From positions 1,058 to 65,057 of the forward strand of contig CANPZY010000003.1 in NCBI GenBank assembly GCA_947588945.1: 64,000 nt of DNA, written 5' to 3'. Below the pieces are notes generated by a model. It searched no databases. It worked only from the letters and a program-made list of their open reading frames with translations, and was not told where the DNA came from. Position numbers and translations under genes: made by a program. Shown here piece by piece: positions 38,855 to 48,805 of the stretch. How positions within the stretch are numbered: position 1 is the stretch's first letter; each line of letters opens with the position of its first letter. Origin of the DNA: an uncultured Clostridia bacterium (lineage in GTDB: Bacteria; Bacillota; Clostridia; TANB77; CAG-508).

Positions 38855-39452
38855 TTTTTTTCTCCTATCTTTATAAAAATTATTAAATATATTTTTATTT
38901 TTTGTTTTATTTTATCTTTTTAATTAATTAATCTTTTTATTTTTTGTTTTATTTTACCTTTTTAATTTATTTATTTTTTTATTTATAAAATAAAAGATTA
39001 GTATTCCATTTTTTTACATATTACATTGTAATTTTTTCTCACAATTTTAAATTTTGATGTTGATGTTTTTTCGTCTCTCTATTTGTTTTTTTGACAATTT
39101 ACAATTTTGTCGCACTTTTTTTAACTATTTTTTGTCTTTCAGGGTGTGTTTTTTTGATTTTTTTACTTTTAAATTTTACTCTAAAAATTTCAAAAATGTA
39201 ATCATTTTTATTCAATTTCCCATAGTTTTCTTTAAATTTTTCTTTTTTTAATTTTTTTAATTTCTTAACTTGTCTTTTTGGATTTACGTTTTTTTACTTA
39301 ATCTTTATCTCTTTATTAACCTTTATCTTATATGGTTTTTTATCTCGTTTTATGTATACCTTTTTATCTTTTTTATTTCATAAAAAAGGTAAAAATTAAG
39401 ACATTATCTTATAGAATTCTTTTTAATATTTTAAAAATCATATTATAATTTT

Positions 39453-39838
39453 GTATTTTATTTTTATAATTTATTTGTATTTATTTTTTATTTTATTTTT
39501 ATTTTTTTCTATTTTTTTTATATTTTATTTTTACAATTTATCTATATCTATTTTTTATTGTTTTTTATTTTTGTTTAATCTTTATGTTTTATTTTTATAA
39601 TTTATTTATATTTATTTTTAATTTTATTTTTATTTTTTTTCTATTATTTTTTATATTTTATTTTTACAATTTATATATATCTATTTTTTATTGTTTTTTA
39701 TTTTTTGTTTAATCTTTATGTTTTATTTTTATAATTATTTATTTTTAATTTTATTTTTATTTTTCTATTTTTTTATTTTTTTTATAATTTATTTATATTT
39801 ATTTTTTTATTTTATTTAATATTTTTTTAATTTATTTT
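39453..39838. repeat. AT-only tandem repeat, about 133-bp unit x 2.9
   Basis: Units at 39453-39585, 39586-39719 and 39720-~39838 (third copy diverged and partial). A second short repeat with a period of about 45 bp lies at 38892-38975. Confidence 0.8.
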
Positions 39839-40876
39839 TTAATTATTAAATATTTTTATAATTAATTCTAAAATTTCATCATATTCTTTTTTATTAATTT
39901 CATTATTTTTTAATTTTTCATTTAACTTTTTTATACTTATTCCTTTTAATGTATTATTATTTTCTTTTATTTCTATTTTTAATTCTGTATAATCTTTTAT
40001 TTTTATTATATTTTTTTGTATTAATTTTAAATCAATATTAATAATAAAATTTCTATATCCAATTAAATTTATTTCATATAAATTATTACCTGTATCAATT
40101 AAATTTAATTTTTCAATTAAATCCTCTTCTGAATATATATCTGAAACATCTACATCAATTTCTATAAATTCTCTTTCATCTGCTTTTATAAATTCTGTCT
40201 TCACTTTATTTTTTGTTATTTCTCCATAAATAAAACCATGCTCTCCTATCTCATCAAACCCCATCGAAATTAAAGAACCTGGATAAAAATTATCTCTCTT
40301 ATGTATATGACCTAATGCTACATAGTCAAATCCATTTTCTTCTAACTTATTTTTACTAATTGGATTATATATACCACTTATTTCATTTCCTGATATAACT
40401 GTTCCATGTGTAATTAATATATTTATTTTATTTTTATCATCAATTTTTATATCCTCTAATTGATTATCATTCATTTCATAATTATTAAATCCATAACCAT
40501 AGATATTTACTTCCGGGTTTTCCACTTTTTCTGCTTTTTCTGTGAATATCTTTACATTTTCAGCCCAATCAAAAGTCTTATAATATGAATTTGACATATA
40601 TGGATCATGATTTCCTGGTGCAATATATATTTTAGTATTATTTATTTCCTTAAATAAATTATTTACATATATAATTGTAGATTTTCTAACATAATCTTGC
40701 TCGAAAAAATCCCCACTAATAAATAAATATTCTATATCATTTTCTTTAATAAATTCTATTACTTTTTTAAAAGCAGATCTTTGCTCTAATCTTCTTATCT
40801 TTCCTAAATCTGCTCTATCTGATATTGTTTTAAATGGAGTGTCAAAATGTATATCTGCTAAATGTACAAATTTCAT
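39839..40876 (-). CDS. YhaO/SbcD-like metallophosphoesterase (nuclease subunit)
   Basis: HLADIHFD, GDFF, GNHD and GHIH motifs. Confidence 0.85.
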   Translation of the reverse strand: MKFVHLADIHFDTPFKTISDRADLGKIRRLEQRSAFKKVIEFIKENDIEYLFISGDFFEQDYVRKSTIIYVNNLFKEINNTKIYIAPGNHDPYMSNSYYKTFDWAENVKIFTEKAEKVENPEVNIYGYGFNNYEMNDNQLEDIKIDDKNKINILITHGTVISGNEISGIYNPISKNKLEENGFDYVALGHIHKRDNFYPGSLISMGFDEIGEHGFIYGEITKNKVKTEFIKADEREFIEIDVDVSDIYSEEDLIEKLNLIDTGNNLYEINLIGYRNFIINIDLKLIQKNIIKIKDYTELKIEIKENNNTLKGISIKKLNEKLKNNEINKKEYDEILELIIKIFNN

Positions 40877-41047
40877 AGTTACTTAAATCTACTTATATAA
40901 ATAGATTTCTCCTTTCTTATAAATATTTATTGACTTTTTATGGCTAGTCCATTTTTACTTTAAGTTCTTTTCTATTATATATCATAGAAACATTTGTTTG
41001 TAAATATTTTTTAATAATTTAAATATGAAATTAATTATGTAATTTCA

Positions 41048-41077
41048 TTGAAAAAATACCCCTTTTTGTGGTAAAAT
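41048..41077 (+). promoter_or_regulatory. candidate sigma-A promoter of the plus-strand block
   Basis: TTGAAA (41048-53), 18-nt spacer ending TGG, TAAAAT (41072-77). Lies 37 nt upstream of ATG 41114. Confidence 0.35.
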
Positions 41078-41113
41078 AAGAGTATAAGAGTTTTTGAAAG
41101 GAACCATATAAAT

Positions 41114-42919
41114 ATGAATAATATATTTCTACTTTTATCTATAATTATATTAATACTTACAGTTATAAAAGCAAAAAAAAATATAAATGATACAAAAAAA
41201 TGGATACCTATATCAATACTTGGAATGACAGCTTCACTTGCTATATTAATTTTTCCGCTAAGTACACAGCCAGATTTTATAGGAAAACTAGTAAATTCAA
41301 TTTTATATTCTGCACAAACCATTATTTTAAATGAAAATTTAGGAATACTTGATAATTTTCAGATAATAAATATATTTGATACAATTTATATTGGCGTAAT
41401 TTATTTATTAACATTATTAATGCCTTTACTTACAGTATCTTTTTTATTAACTCTTATAGGTGATTTTACAACCAAATTTAAACTATATTTTACTAGAAAA
41501 AAAGATATATTAATTTTTTCAGAATTAAATGAAAAATCTGTAACTATAGCTAAACGCTTATATGATAAAGGAAAAATTATTATTTTTGCAAATTGTGATA
41601 AAGAAAATTTAAAAAATTATGACTTGAAAGGGCTTAATATTACTAAATTTTATTCATTAATAGAAAATATAAATTTAAAAAGGATAAAAAGCAATACAAT
41701 TACTATTTATTTAGTAAACGAAATAGAAAATGAAAATTTAACTTTAACTTTAAGATTGATTGAAAAAAATAAATCATTAAATAAAAAAATTAAAATTTAT
41801 ACTATATTAAATGATGAAGTTTCTAGAATTATTTTAGATTCAACTGACAAAGGCAATATCCAACTAGAAATTGTAAATGAAGTTGAAAGAACTATTATAC
41901 AATTATTGCAAGATAAACCTATTTATCTAAATGCTATAAACAATGAGATTTCTGTTTTAATAGTAGGTTGTGGCAAAGTTGGAAGAGAATTTTTAAAAAT
42001 AATTACATGGTGTGGTCAGATTATAGGATATAAACTAAAAATAAATATTATTGATATTCGAGCAAATAGCATAAAAGAATCACTTACTAAAGAGTGTCCT
42101 GAATTAATTTCAAATTATAACTACAACTTTATTGAAGCAGACATTAACTCTCAAAAGGCATTAGATGAGCTAAACAAATTAAAAAATATTAATTATATAG
42201 TTGTAACCCTTCAAAATGATGAAATGAACATAAAAGAAGCTATTTATTTAAGAAAATATTTTTTGTTACAAGATAAAGAAAATTACAACAATAAGCCACT
42301 TATAAATATTTGGATAAAAGATGTAGAAAAAAGTATGCAAATAAATTACTTGAAAGCTGATGAAAAAACACAATATAATTTAAATGCTTTTGGAAGCATT
42401 AATGATATTTACTACAAATATCCAATTATTGATTCTAAAATAGAGCATATGTCTCAAAGAGTACATTTAATATATAATGCGGATGATACTAATTTAGAAA
42501 AATATTATGAAACAGAATATAATGTAAAATCTTCGAGAGCAACTGCAACTCATATAAAATACAAAATTTATTCAGTATTAAAAGATGAATATACTGGTGA
42601 TATTGGAACTGATTTAAATAACTTTGAGAAAAAACTTCAAGATGAAAAAATTTTTAATGAATTAGTAAAAAATGAACACAATAGATGGATAGCATATATG
42701 AGAAGCGATGGATATCAAAGTGCTTCAGTTGCTGATGTTGAGAAATATCGTGAAAAAATAAATGACACAAAACATATTTTAGCAAAATTACATCCTGCTA
42801 TAGCAGAATTTGAAAAACTAGATGAAATTGAACATAAGCTTAATAAAAACTTTAAAGAGTCAGACATAAAAATTATTAAAAATATACCATATATTTATAA
42901 GGAAGATAACAATATATAA
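41114..42919 (+). CDS. membrane protein with Rossmann (GxGxxG) domain and C-terminal RyR-like domain
   Basis: Three N-terminal TM helices. VLIVGCGKVGREF is a dinucleotide-binding motif. C-terminal ELVKNEHNRWIAYMRSDGYQ...KLHPAIAEFEKLDEIE resembles the bacterial RyR domain (PF02026). Confidence 0.6.
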   Translation: MNNIFLLLSIIILILTVIKAKKNINDTKKWIPISILGMTASLAILIFPLSTQPDFIGKLVNSILYSAQTIILNENLGILDNFQIINIFDTIYIGVIYLLTLLMPLLTVSFLLTLIGDFTTKFKLYFTRKKDILIFSELNEKSVTIAKRLYDKGKIIIFANCDKENLKNYDLKGLNITKFYSLIENINLKRIKSNTITIYLVNEIENENLTLTLRLIEKNKSLNKKIKIYTILNDEVSRIILDSTDKGNIQLEIVNEVERTIIQLLQDKPIYLNAINNEISVLIVGCGKVGREFLKIITWCGQIIGYKLKINIIDIRANSIKESLTKECPELISNYNYNFIEADINSQKALDELNKLKNINYIVVTLQNDEMNIKEAIYLRKYFLLQDKENYNNKPLINIWIKDVEKSMQINYLKADEKTQYNLNAFGSINDIYYKYPIIDSKIEHMSQRVHLIYNADDTNLEKYYETEYNVKSSRATATHIKYKIYSVLKDEYTGDIGTDLNNFEKKLQDEKIFNELVKNEHNRWIAYMRSDGYQSASVADVEKYREKINDTKHILAKLHPAIAEFEKLDEIEHKLNKNFKESDIKIIKNIPYIYKEDNNI

Positions 42920-43015
42920 GCCCATACTAATATAGAAATACTTTATAAGAATCTTTAAATTACTTATAAAGCTAAGATACAACACAGAAAAATAAAGAAT
43001 AATGCTTTTATAATT

Positions 43016-43975
43016 ATGTATAAAAAAGGAATGAAATTTTATATGAATTTAGAATATAAAGATATAAATGAACAAATAGAAATCATAAAGTCTAGTAATA
43101 TTATAATAAAAAATGAAAAAGAAGCTAAAGAAATTCTTTTAAGAGAAAATTATTATAACCTAATTACTGGTTACAGAAATATATTCATTGATATAAAAAA
43201 TTCTAAAAAAGATGGAATTGAAACATGCACAACTGACACTTATTTTGAAGAAATTTATGCCGTTTACAAATTTGACAGAGAACTTAGAAATATAATGCTT
43301 AATTATATTTCTATTATTGAAATTAATATAAAGTCATACATAGCTAATACTTTTTCTAAGAAATATGGTGTTTACAATTATCTAAATGAAGAAAATTTTA
43401 ATATTAATGATAAAACTAGACCAATTTATAGAGATTTAATGCAAAAATTAGATGATAATTTAAATAGAAATATTGATAATTACAAAGATATAAAGGAATG
43501 TAAAGAACTATATAATACCATTCCTCTATGGATGTTTACTACTTTAATTACTTTTGGAAATATTATAAAATTCTATAGTTTAATGAAAATTGAAGACAAA
43601 AAAGAAGTATCTAATCTTTGCCAAATTAATTATAAAGATTTACTTACTTTTTTGAAAATGTTAAACACTGTTAGAAACATTGCTGCACATAGCAATATGC
43701 TATTTAATTTGAATTTAAGCATTTCTTATCCAATTCATAAAAAGTCTTTTTACCATGATGATTTAGGAATTGCTAAAAATGGAGAGCACTACGAATCAGG
43801 TGAAAACGACATTTTATCTATTATAATTATTTTAAAAAGACTTTTGAAAAAAAGTGATTATAATAATTTTTTAAATAAATTTAACTTAGCAGTTCATAAT
43901 GTAAAAGAAGAATTAGATGAGGAAAGTTTTAATAATTTTATGCATATAATGGGAGTTCCAGAACACTTAAAATAA
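43016..43975 (+). CDS. Abi_2 (AbiD/AbiF-like) abortive-infection protein, HEPN-type
   Basis: YYNLITGYRNIF, FDRELRN and VRNIAAHSNMLFN (Rx4H HEPN motif). The real start may be ATG 43043 (MNLEYKD). Confidence 0.8.
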   Translation: MYKKGMKFYMNLEYKDINEQIEIIKSSNIIIKNEKEAKEILLRENYYNLITGYRNIFIDIKNSKKDGIETCTTDTYFEEIYAVYKFDRELRNIMLNYISIIEINIKSYIANTFSKKYGVYNYLNEENFNINDKTRPIYRDLMQKLDDNLNRNIDNYKDIKECKELYNTIPLWMFTTLITFGNIIKFYSLMKIEDKKEVSNLCQINYKDLLTFLKMLNTVRNIAAHSNMLFNLNLSISYPIHKKSFYHDDLGIAKNGEHYESGENDILSIIIILKRLLKKSDYNNFLNKFNLAVHNVKEELDEESFNNFMHIMGVPEHLK

Positions 43976-44068
43976 GTTAATTATAAGGTTTATAGGTAGC
44001 CTAAAAACCTAAATATAAAAAAAAGGATATGTTTATTAAAATTAACATATTATATGAGGATATGAGTT

Positions 44069-47000
44069 ATGAAAAAAATTAATATTTTCTTAGCAGTTGA
44101 TGAAAAAGAACTACAAAACGAAAAAGATGAAATTGGAAATTTTATACGTGATTTAAATGACAAATATGAGAATTATGATATTTATTTTAGACTAATTACA
44201 GATGATGATTCTGAGGTTTTAACTGATGATATAAAGAAAAGTGAATTGTTTTTTATACTATTTTCACATACTGCAGATGAAAAAATAGTTCAAGAATTTA
44301 ATACTGCTTATGAGTTTTTCAAGAATAATCATAATCCTAAAATTACAACATATATCAAGAAAAGCAAAAATCCAGATGAGTCAGTTGTTAATTTTATGAA
44401 GCATTTAGATGAAGAACTAGGTCATTATTATAATCAGTATGAAAATATTGATACAATCAAGTTAAATATAATTTTGCAATTAAAATCTTTAGGCTTAGAA
44501 GCTGGCAAAATTGAGGTTATAGATAATAAATTATGTATTAATAAAGACGAAATAATGACTTTAGATAATATTCCATTTATATTTAACAATAAAGACTTAA
44601 ATAACTTAAAGGAACAGTATAATAAACTAGACCAAGAATATTGGGAATATAAAGATATTATTAGAAAAAATCCTGATGATGAAAAAGCTTTTGAAAAATT
44701 CTCTGATATAAATGATAAGAGATCAAAAATAAAAGATAATATATACCAAATTGAAAATAATATTATTGAATTAGAAAGTAGTTTTATTTCTTCATCAATG
44801 GATGGCAAGCTTTCTAAAAGACAAATATATGCAAAAAAATGCTTAGATGATGGTGATTTAGAAGAAGCCAAAAATGCTTTATCTTTTGAAGATTTAAAAT
44901 CAGATGGTGATAAATTATTGAAAATTCAAGAGAAGCAAAAAGAAGAAATGCAAACCATTGTAAATGAGCTTATGCAAAGAGTTGATATACTAAAATTAGA
45001 TATAAATAATAACAACAGATATAAAGAAATTGAAGAAGCTTTTGAGGAAGCTGTAAAGCTTGATGAACAAGGAAATTTAAATAGACGCAGTTTATATAAA
45101 TATAGTTTATATTTGAATAACCAGACTCAATACGATAAAGCAATAAAATTTGCTAACAAATATAAAGAATATTTGAATTTAAGCTCAACTAAAGAGTATT
45201 ATGAAAAAGAATTTGACGAAGGAACATATTATAATACTTTATCAAGTATTTATAACCACTTAGGAATCATTTATTATAATATTGGTAAATATGAAGAAGC
45301 TGAAAAAATATATCTAGAATTAATTGAAATAGACAAAAAATTAGTTGAAATTAATCCGAAATTGTATCAAAATAATCTTTCTATTGCTTATAATAATCTA
45401 GGACTAGCTTATTTATACTTTGAAGATGTGAAATTTGAACTAGCTAAAGACTGTTTCTTGAAAGCAATAGAAATAGATGAAAAAATATTAACTGAAGGCC
45501 ATAACGATTATTATAGAGTTGTATTATCTAATTCATATAATAACTATGCACTTTTACTTGAAAAATATAGTGACTTTCATAATGCATTAAAATATTATAG
45601 AAAATCAACAGATATAAGAATTGACTTAGTAAAAAAATATCCCCAAGATGAATATAAAAAAGAACTTTTATCTGCTTCTTATCATCAGCTTGGAAAATAT
45701 GCCCTTAGAATATCAAAATATGATATAGCTGAAGATTATCTTTTAAAAGATATGAAACTAATGGAAGAATTATATGAAAGTAATTCTAAAGCTTATATGA
45801 GTCGGATTAGCAGGTTCTTATCGAACCATTGGCCGTTTTTATTTAACAATATATAAATATGACAAAGCTCAATTTTATTATAACAAGGCATTAAAATTAT
45901 ATGAAAAACTTGCTAATAATAAAACAGAGAGCACTCAAATAGACCTTATACAAATTTACCAAAGTTTTGGAGAATTTTATATAAAATTAAAAGATTATGA
46001 GACTTCAGAAAAATATTTAAAAAAGGCTCAAGAACAACTTGATTACTATGTGAAAGAATTTGATAATAAAAATATTGAAGCTTACTTTTCAGATTTATAT
46101 GCCAGCTTTTTTAACCTATACAATACAATGAATAATTTTGAAAAAGCAAAAGAATATTGCTTAATGGAAATTGAAGTTGACAAAAAATTAGCAGAAAAAA
46201 ATGCAAGAAAATATAATTCTTTTCTTGCAAGTGATTATGAATCATATGGTAATTTGTTAGGAAATGACCAAGAATATTATAAAAAAGCCATTGATATATT
46301 AAAAAATACTTTATATTTACAAAAATCAGACTCTGAATATTCTTTAGCTAATTTAAATGATAAAATCAGTAATTTATATAAGAAAATTAAAAATTATGAT
46401 GAGGCAGAAAAATATTTAGTAAATAATATAAGTATTTACAAGAATTTAATTCCTAATATGAAAGGTTTATATGAACCTGATTTAGCAAGGAATTATCAAT
46501 CATTAGGAGATATTTATATATTTTTAAAAAAATATGATGAAGCAGAAAAAAGCTATTTAGATGGAATTGACTTAATAGAAAAAATTCATCTTAGAGATGA
46601 AAAATATTTTAATCCAACTCTTGCTTCATGTTACTATGATTTAGGCATTCTATATTTGAATAATATGAAAAAATATGAAGATGCTGAAAAATATCTTTCA
46701 AAAAGTATGCAAATTAGAGAAAAATATTCTGATGAAAATAATTCTAGCTCAATCTTTGACTTAAGTTTTTCTTACTGTACTTTAGGTGAACTTTATAAAG
46801 TAACTGGAAAAAATAAAGAAGCTGAAAATTATTATTTAAAATCATTAAAAATAAGACAAGATTTAGATAAAAAGGCAAAAAATAATGATTATACTGATAA
46901 TATTGCGTTTGTTTTTAATAGACTAGGTTCACTTTATTTATATAATATGAATCAAATTGATAAAGCTGAAGAATATTATTTAAAAGCATTTGAATTATAT

Positions 47001-48008
47001 AAACAATTATCAGAATATAATTTTAATCAAAATGGACTAAATCTTGCTAAAACATATAATGACCTTATAAATTTGTACAACAAAAAGCAAGACTATGAAA
47101 AGGTTGAAGCATATTATAAAGATAGAATAGCTGTTTTAGAAAAACTTTTAGATAATGATTTTTCTGAATATGCTTCCTATTTATATAATACTTATAAACA
47201 ATTAGCCAACACATATTTTCAAAGAAAACAATATCAAGATGCAGAAAAATATTATTTAAGTGCTTTTGAATTATGCTCTAAATTATACAATGATGATAAA
47301 GAATTATATGAATCAGATTATGCTGATATATGTGATTGCTTAGTTAGTGTTTATATTAATACTAATAAAATTGAAAAAACAATAGATTACTATAAAATAT
47401 CACTTGAAATTCGTGAAAAACCATCAATGCAGAAAACAATAGTAAACAAACATAATCTAGCTAATTTATATTATAATATTGCTTTAATATTTTCTAAATT
47501 AAAGGATAAAAAATATACAGAATATTTTTATCTAAAATCTATGAATACAGAGCGAGAACTATTTAAGGAAACTGATAAGTATACTGCTTCACTTGCTAAC
47601 GCTTATCATAAGGTTGCTGAATTTTACTATGATAATAAAAAATATGAAGATTCAGAAACATATTACTTTATGGCTATAGAACTTGAAGAAAATTTAATAA
47701 AAGATAATTATGAAAAATATGAAACTACTTTAATTTATGACTATATGGAAATGGCAGAATCATGTAGACACAATAAAAAATATGATGATGCTTCATCTTA
47801 TTATTTAAAAGCTATTGAAATGTTAGAAAAAGCTTATGAAAATAATCATGAATATGCCCAAGATTTAGCCTTTACTTATTATAATTTAGCTAGAGTATGC
47901 CTAAAATTAGATTTAATTGATGATGCTACTAAATATACAAAAATGGCTAAAAACTTTAAAGCAGAATTTAAAGCTCAGCAAAAAAATAAAAAGAAAGGAA
48001 AAGAATAA
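44069..48008 (+). pseudogene. DUF4062-like N-terminal module + coiled coil + very long TPR array, split by a +1 frameshift near 45800 (about 1,310 aa if repaired)
   Basis: ORF 44069..45856 and the frame open from 45801 to 48008 both read as TPR repeats across the junction (...ELYESNSKAYM / VGLAGSYRTIGRFYLTIYKYDKAQFYYNKALKLYEKL). N-terminus KINIFLAVDEKELQNEKDEIGNFIRDL...SELFFILFS. GAGGA RBS upstream. Confidence 0.75.
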
Positions 48009-48448
48009 TGAAAAGATTAAAAATTTTCCTTGCATCATCTGTTAATGAATTTAAGAATGAAAGAAATCAGATAGGAAACACTATTAGAAAATTACAAGAT
48101 AAGCTAATCGATGATGGAGTTAGAATTAATTTATTTGAATGCGAATTCGCTGATAATACCGTATCAACTGAAAGAAAACAAGCAGACTATAATAGTGAAA
48201 TTCCTACTTCTGATATATTTATAATGATAGTAGGAAAAAGAATCGGACAGTATACTTTAGAAGAATATGAAATAGCTAAAAAAAGCAATGTAAAACATAT
48301 ACAAGTTATATTCAAAGATGTTGAATATGATGAAGATGTCAAGAAAATTAGACAAGATGAATCTATTAATAAATATGAATATAAGTCAAGAGAAGAACTT
48401 GATGAGATTATAAAAAAATTAATAATAAGTGCACTAAATAAAAATTAA
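48008..48448 (+). CDS. stand-alone DUF4062-like protein (146 aa)
   Basis: LKIFLASSVNEFKNERNQIGNTIRKL...SDIFIMIVGKRIGQYTLEEYEIAKK matches my recollection of the DUF4062 consensus (vFiSSt..dL.eER..i...i...sDifv.iiG.rYG...E.E...A). The start overlaps the upstream stop (TAATG). Confidence 0.6.
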   Translation: MKRLKIFLASSVNEFKNERNQIGNTIRKLQDKLIDDGVRINLFECEFADNTVSTERKQADYNSEIPTSDIFIMIVGKRIGQYTLEEYEIAKKSNVKHIQVIFKDVEYDEDVKKIRQDESINKYEYKSREELDEIIKKLIISALNKN

Positions 48449-48530
48449 AAAATATAAAGAAAACATAATAAATTATAAGTTATAAATAAAAAATTATCAA
48501 TTATAAAAATAAAACTAATAAAATAATTTA

Positions 48531-48654
48531 AAAATAAAAAATATAAATAATTCTCGTATCTTGTTGTCGCAGAAAAGTGTTTCACACTTTTCGCTCCATT
48601 CGCGCTTCGCTTGAGCGCTACGCGATACTTCGAATTATTTATATTTTTTATTTT
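48531..48654 (-). repeat. palindromic structured element, copy B (inverted relative to copy A)
   Basis: Outer stem 48536-48553 / 48632-48649 (18 of 18 bp, extendable). Closing stem GTATC/GATAC (48556-60 / 48624-28). Hairpin GAAAAGTGT-TTC-ACACTTTTC (48572-92). Core shared with copy A. Confidence 0.7.
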
Positions 48655-48805
48655 TTTTGATTAAATTTTTTTTGATTATTTTATTATTTTTTTATGATAT
48701 TTTTAATAATATTTTTTATTTAATTTATATTTATACTTATATTTTTATTTTTATTTATATTTTAATTTACATTTTATCTTTACATTTTATTTGTATTACT
48801 TTAAA

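Noticed and set aside
39453-39838. Possible CRISPR array, suggested by regular repeats in a non-coding region.
   Set aside because: The 133-bp units are contiguous with no unique spacers, are almost pure A/T, and no cas genes are nearby. This is a tandem minisatellite, not a CRISPR array.
37046-40876. The metallophosphoesterase plus SMC-like ATPase pair as a defence system (Lamassu/Gabija-like).
   Set aside because: Motifs and gene order match the housekeeping YhaO/YhaN (SbcD/SbcC-like) repair pair of Firmicutes. No additional effector gene is present. Only the odd 1-kb spacer is unusual.
41035-41322. 95-aa minus-strand ORF across the divergent promoter region.
   Set aside because: It overlaps the start of the well-supported 41114 gene on the opposite strand and has no RBS. 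It is likely spurious.
24343-48654. Elements A and B as terminal inverted repeats of a 24-kb composite transposon.
   Set aside because: The interior is dominated by core housekeeping genes (mreBCD, mrdA, prfA, pcrA, the sbcCD-like pair), and no transposase is present. Inversion by recombination remains possible, but transposon status is not supported.
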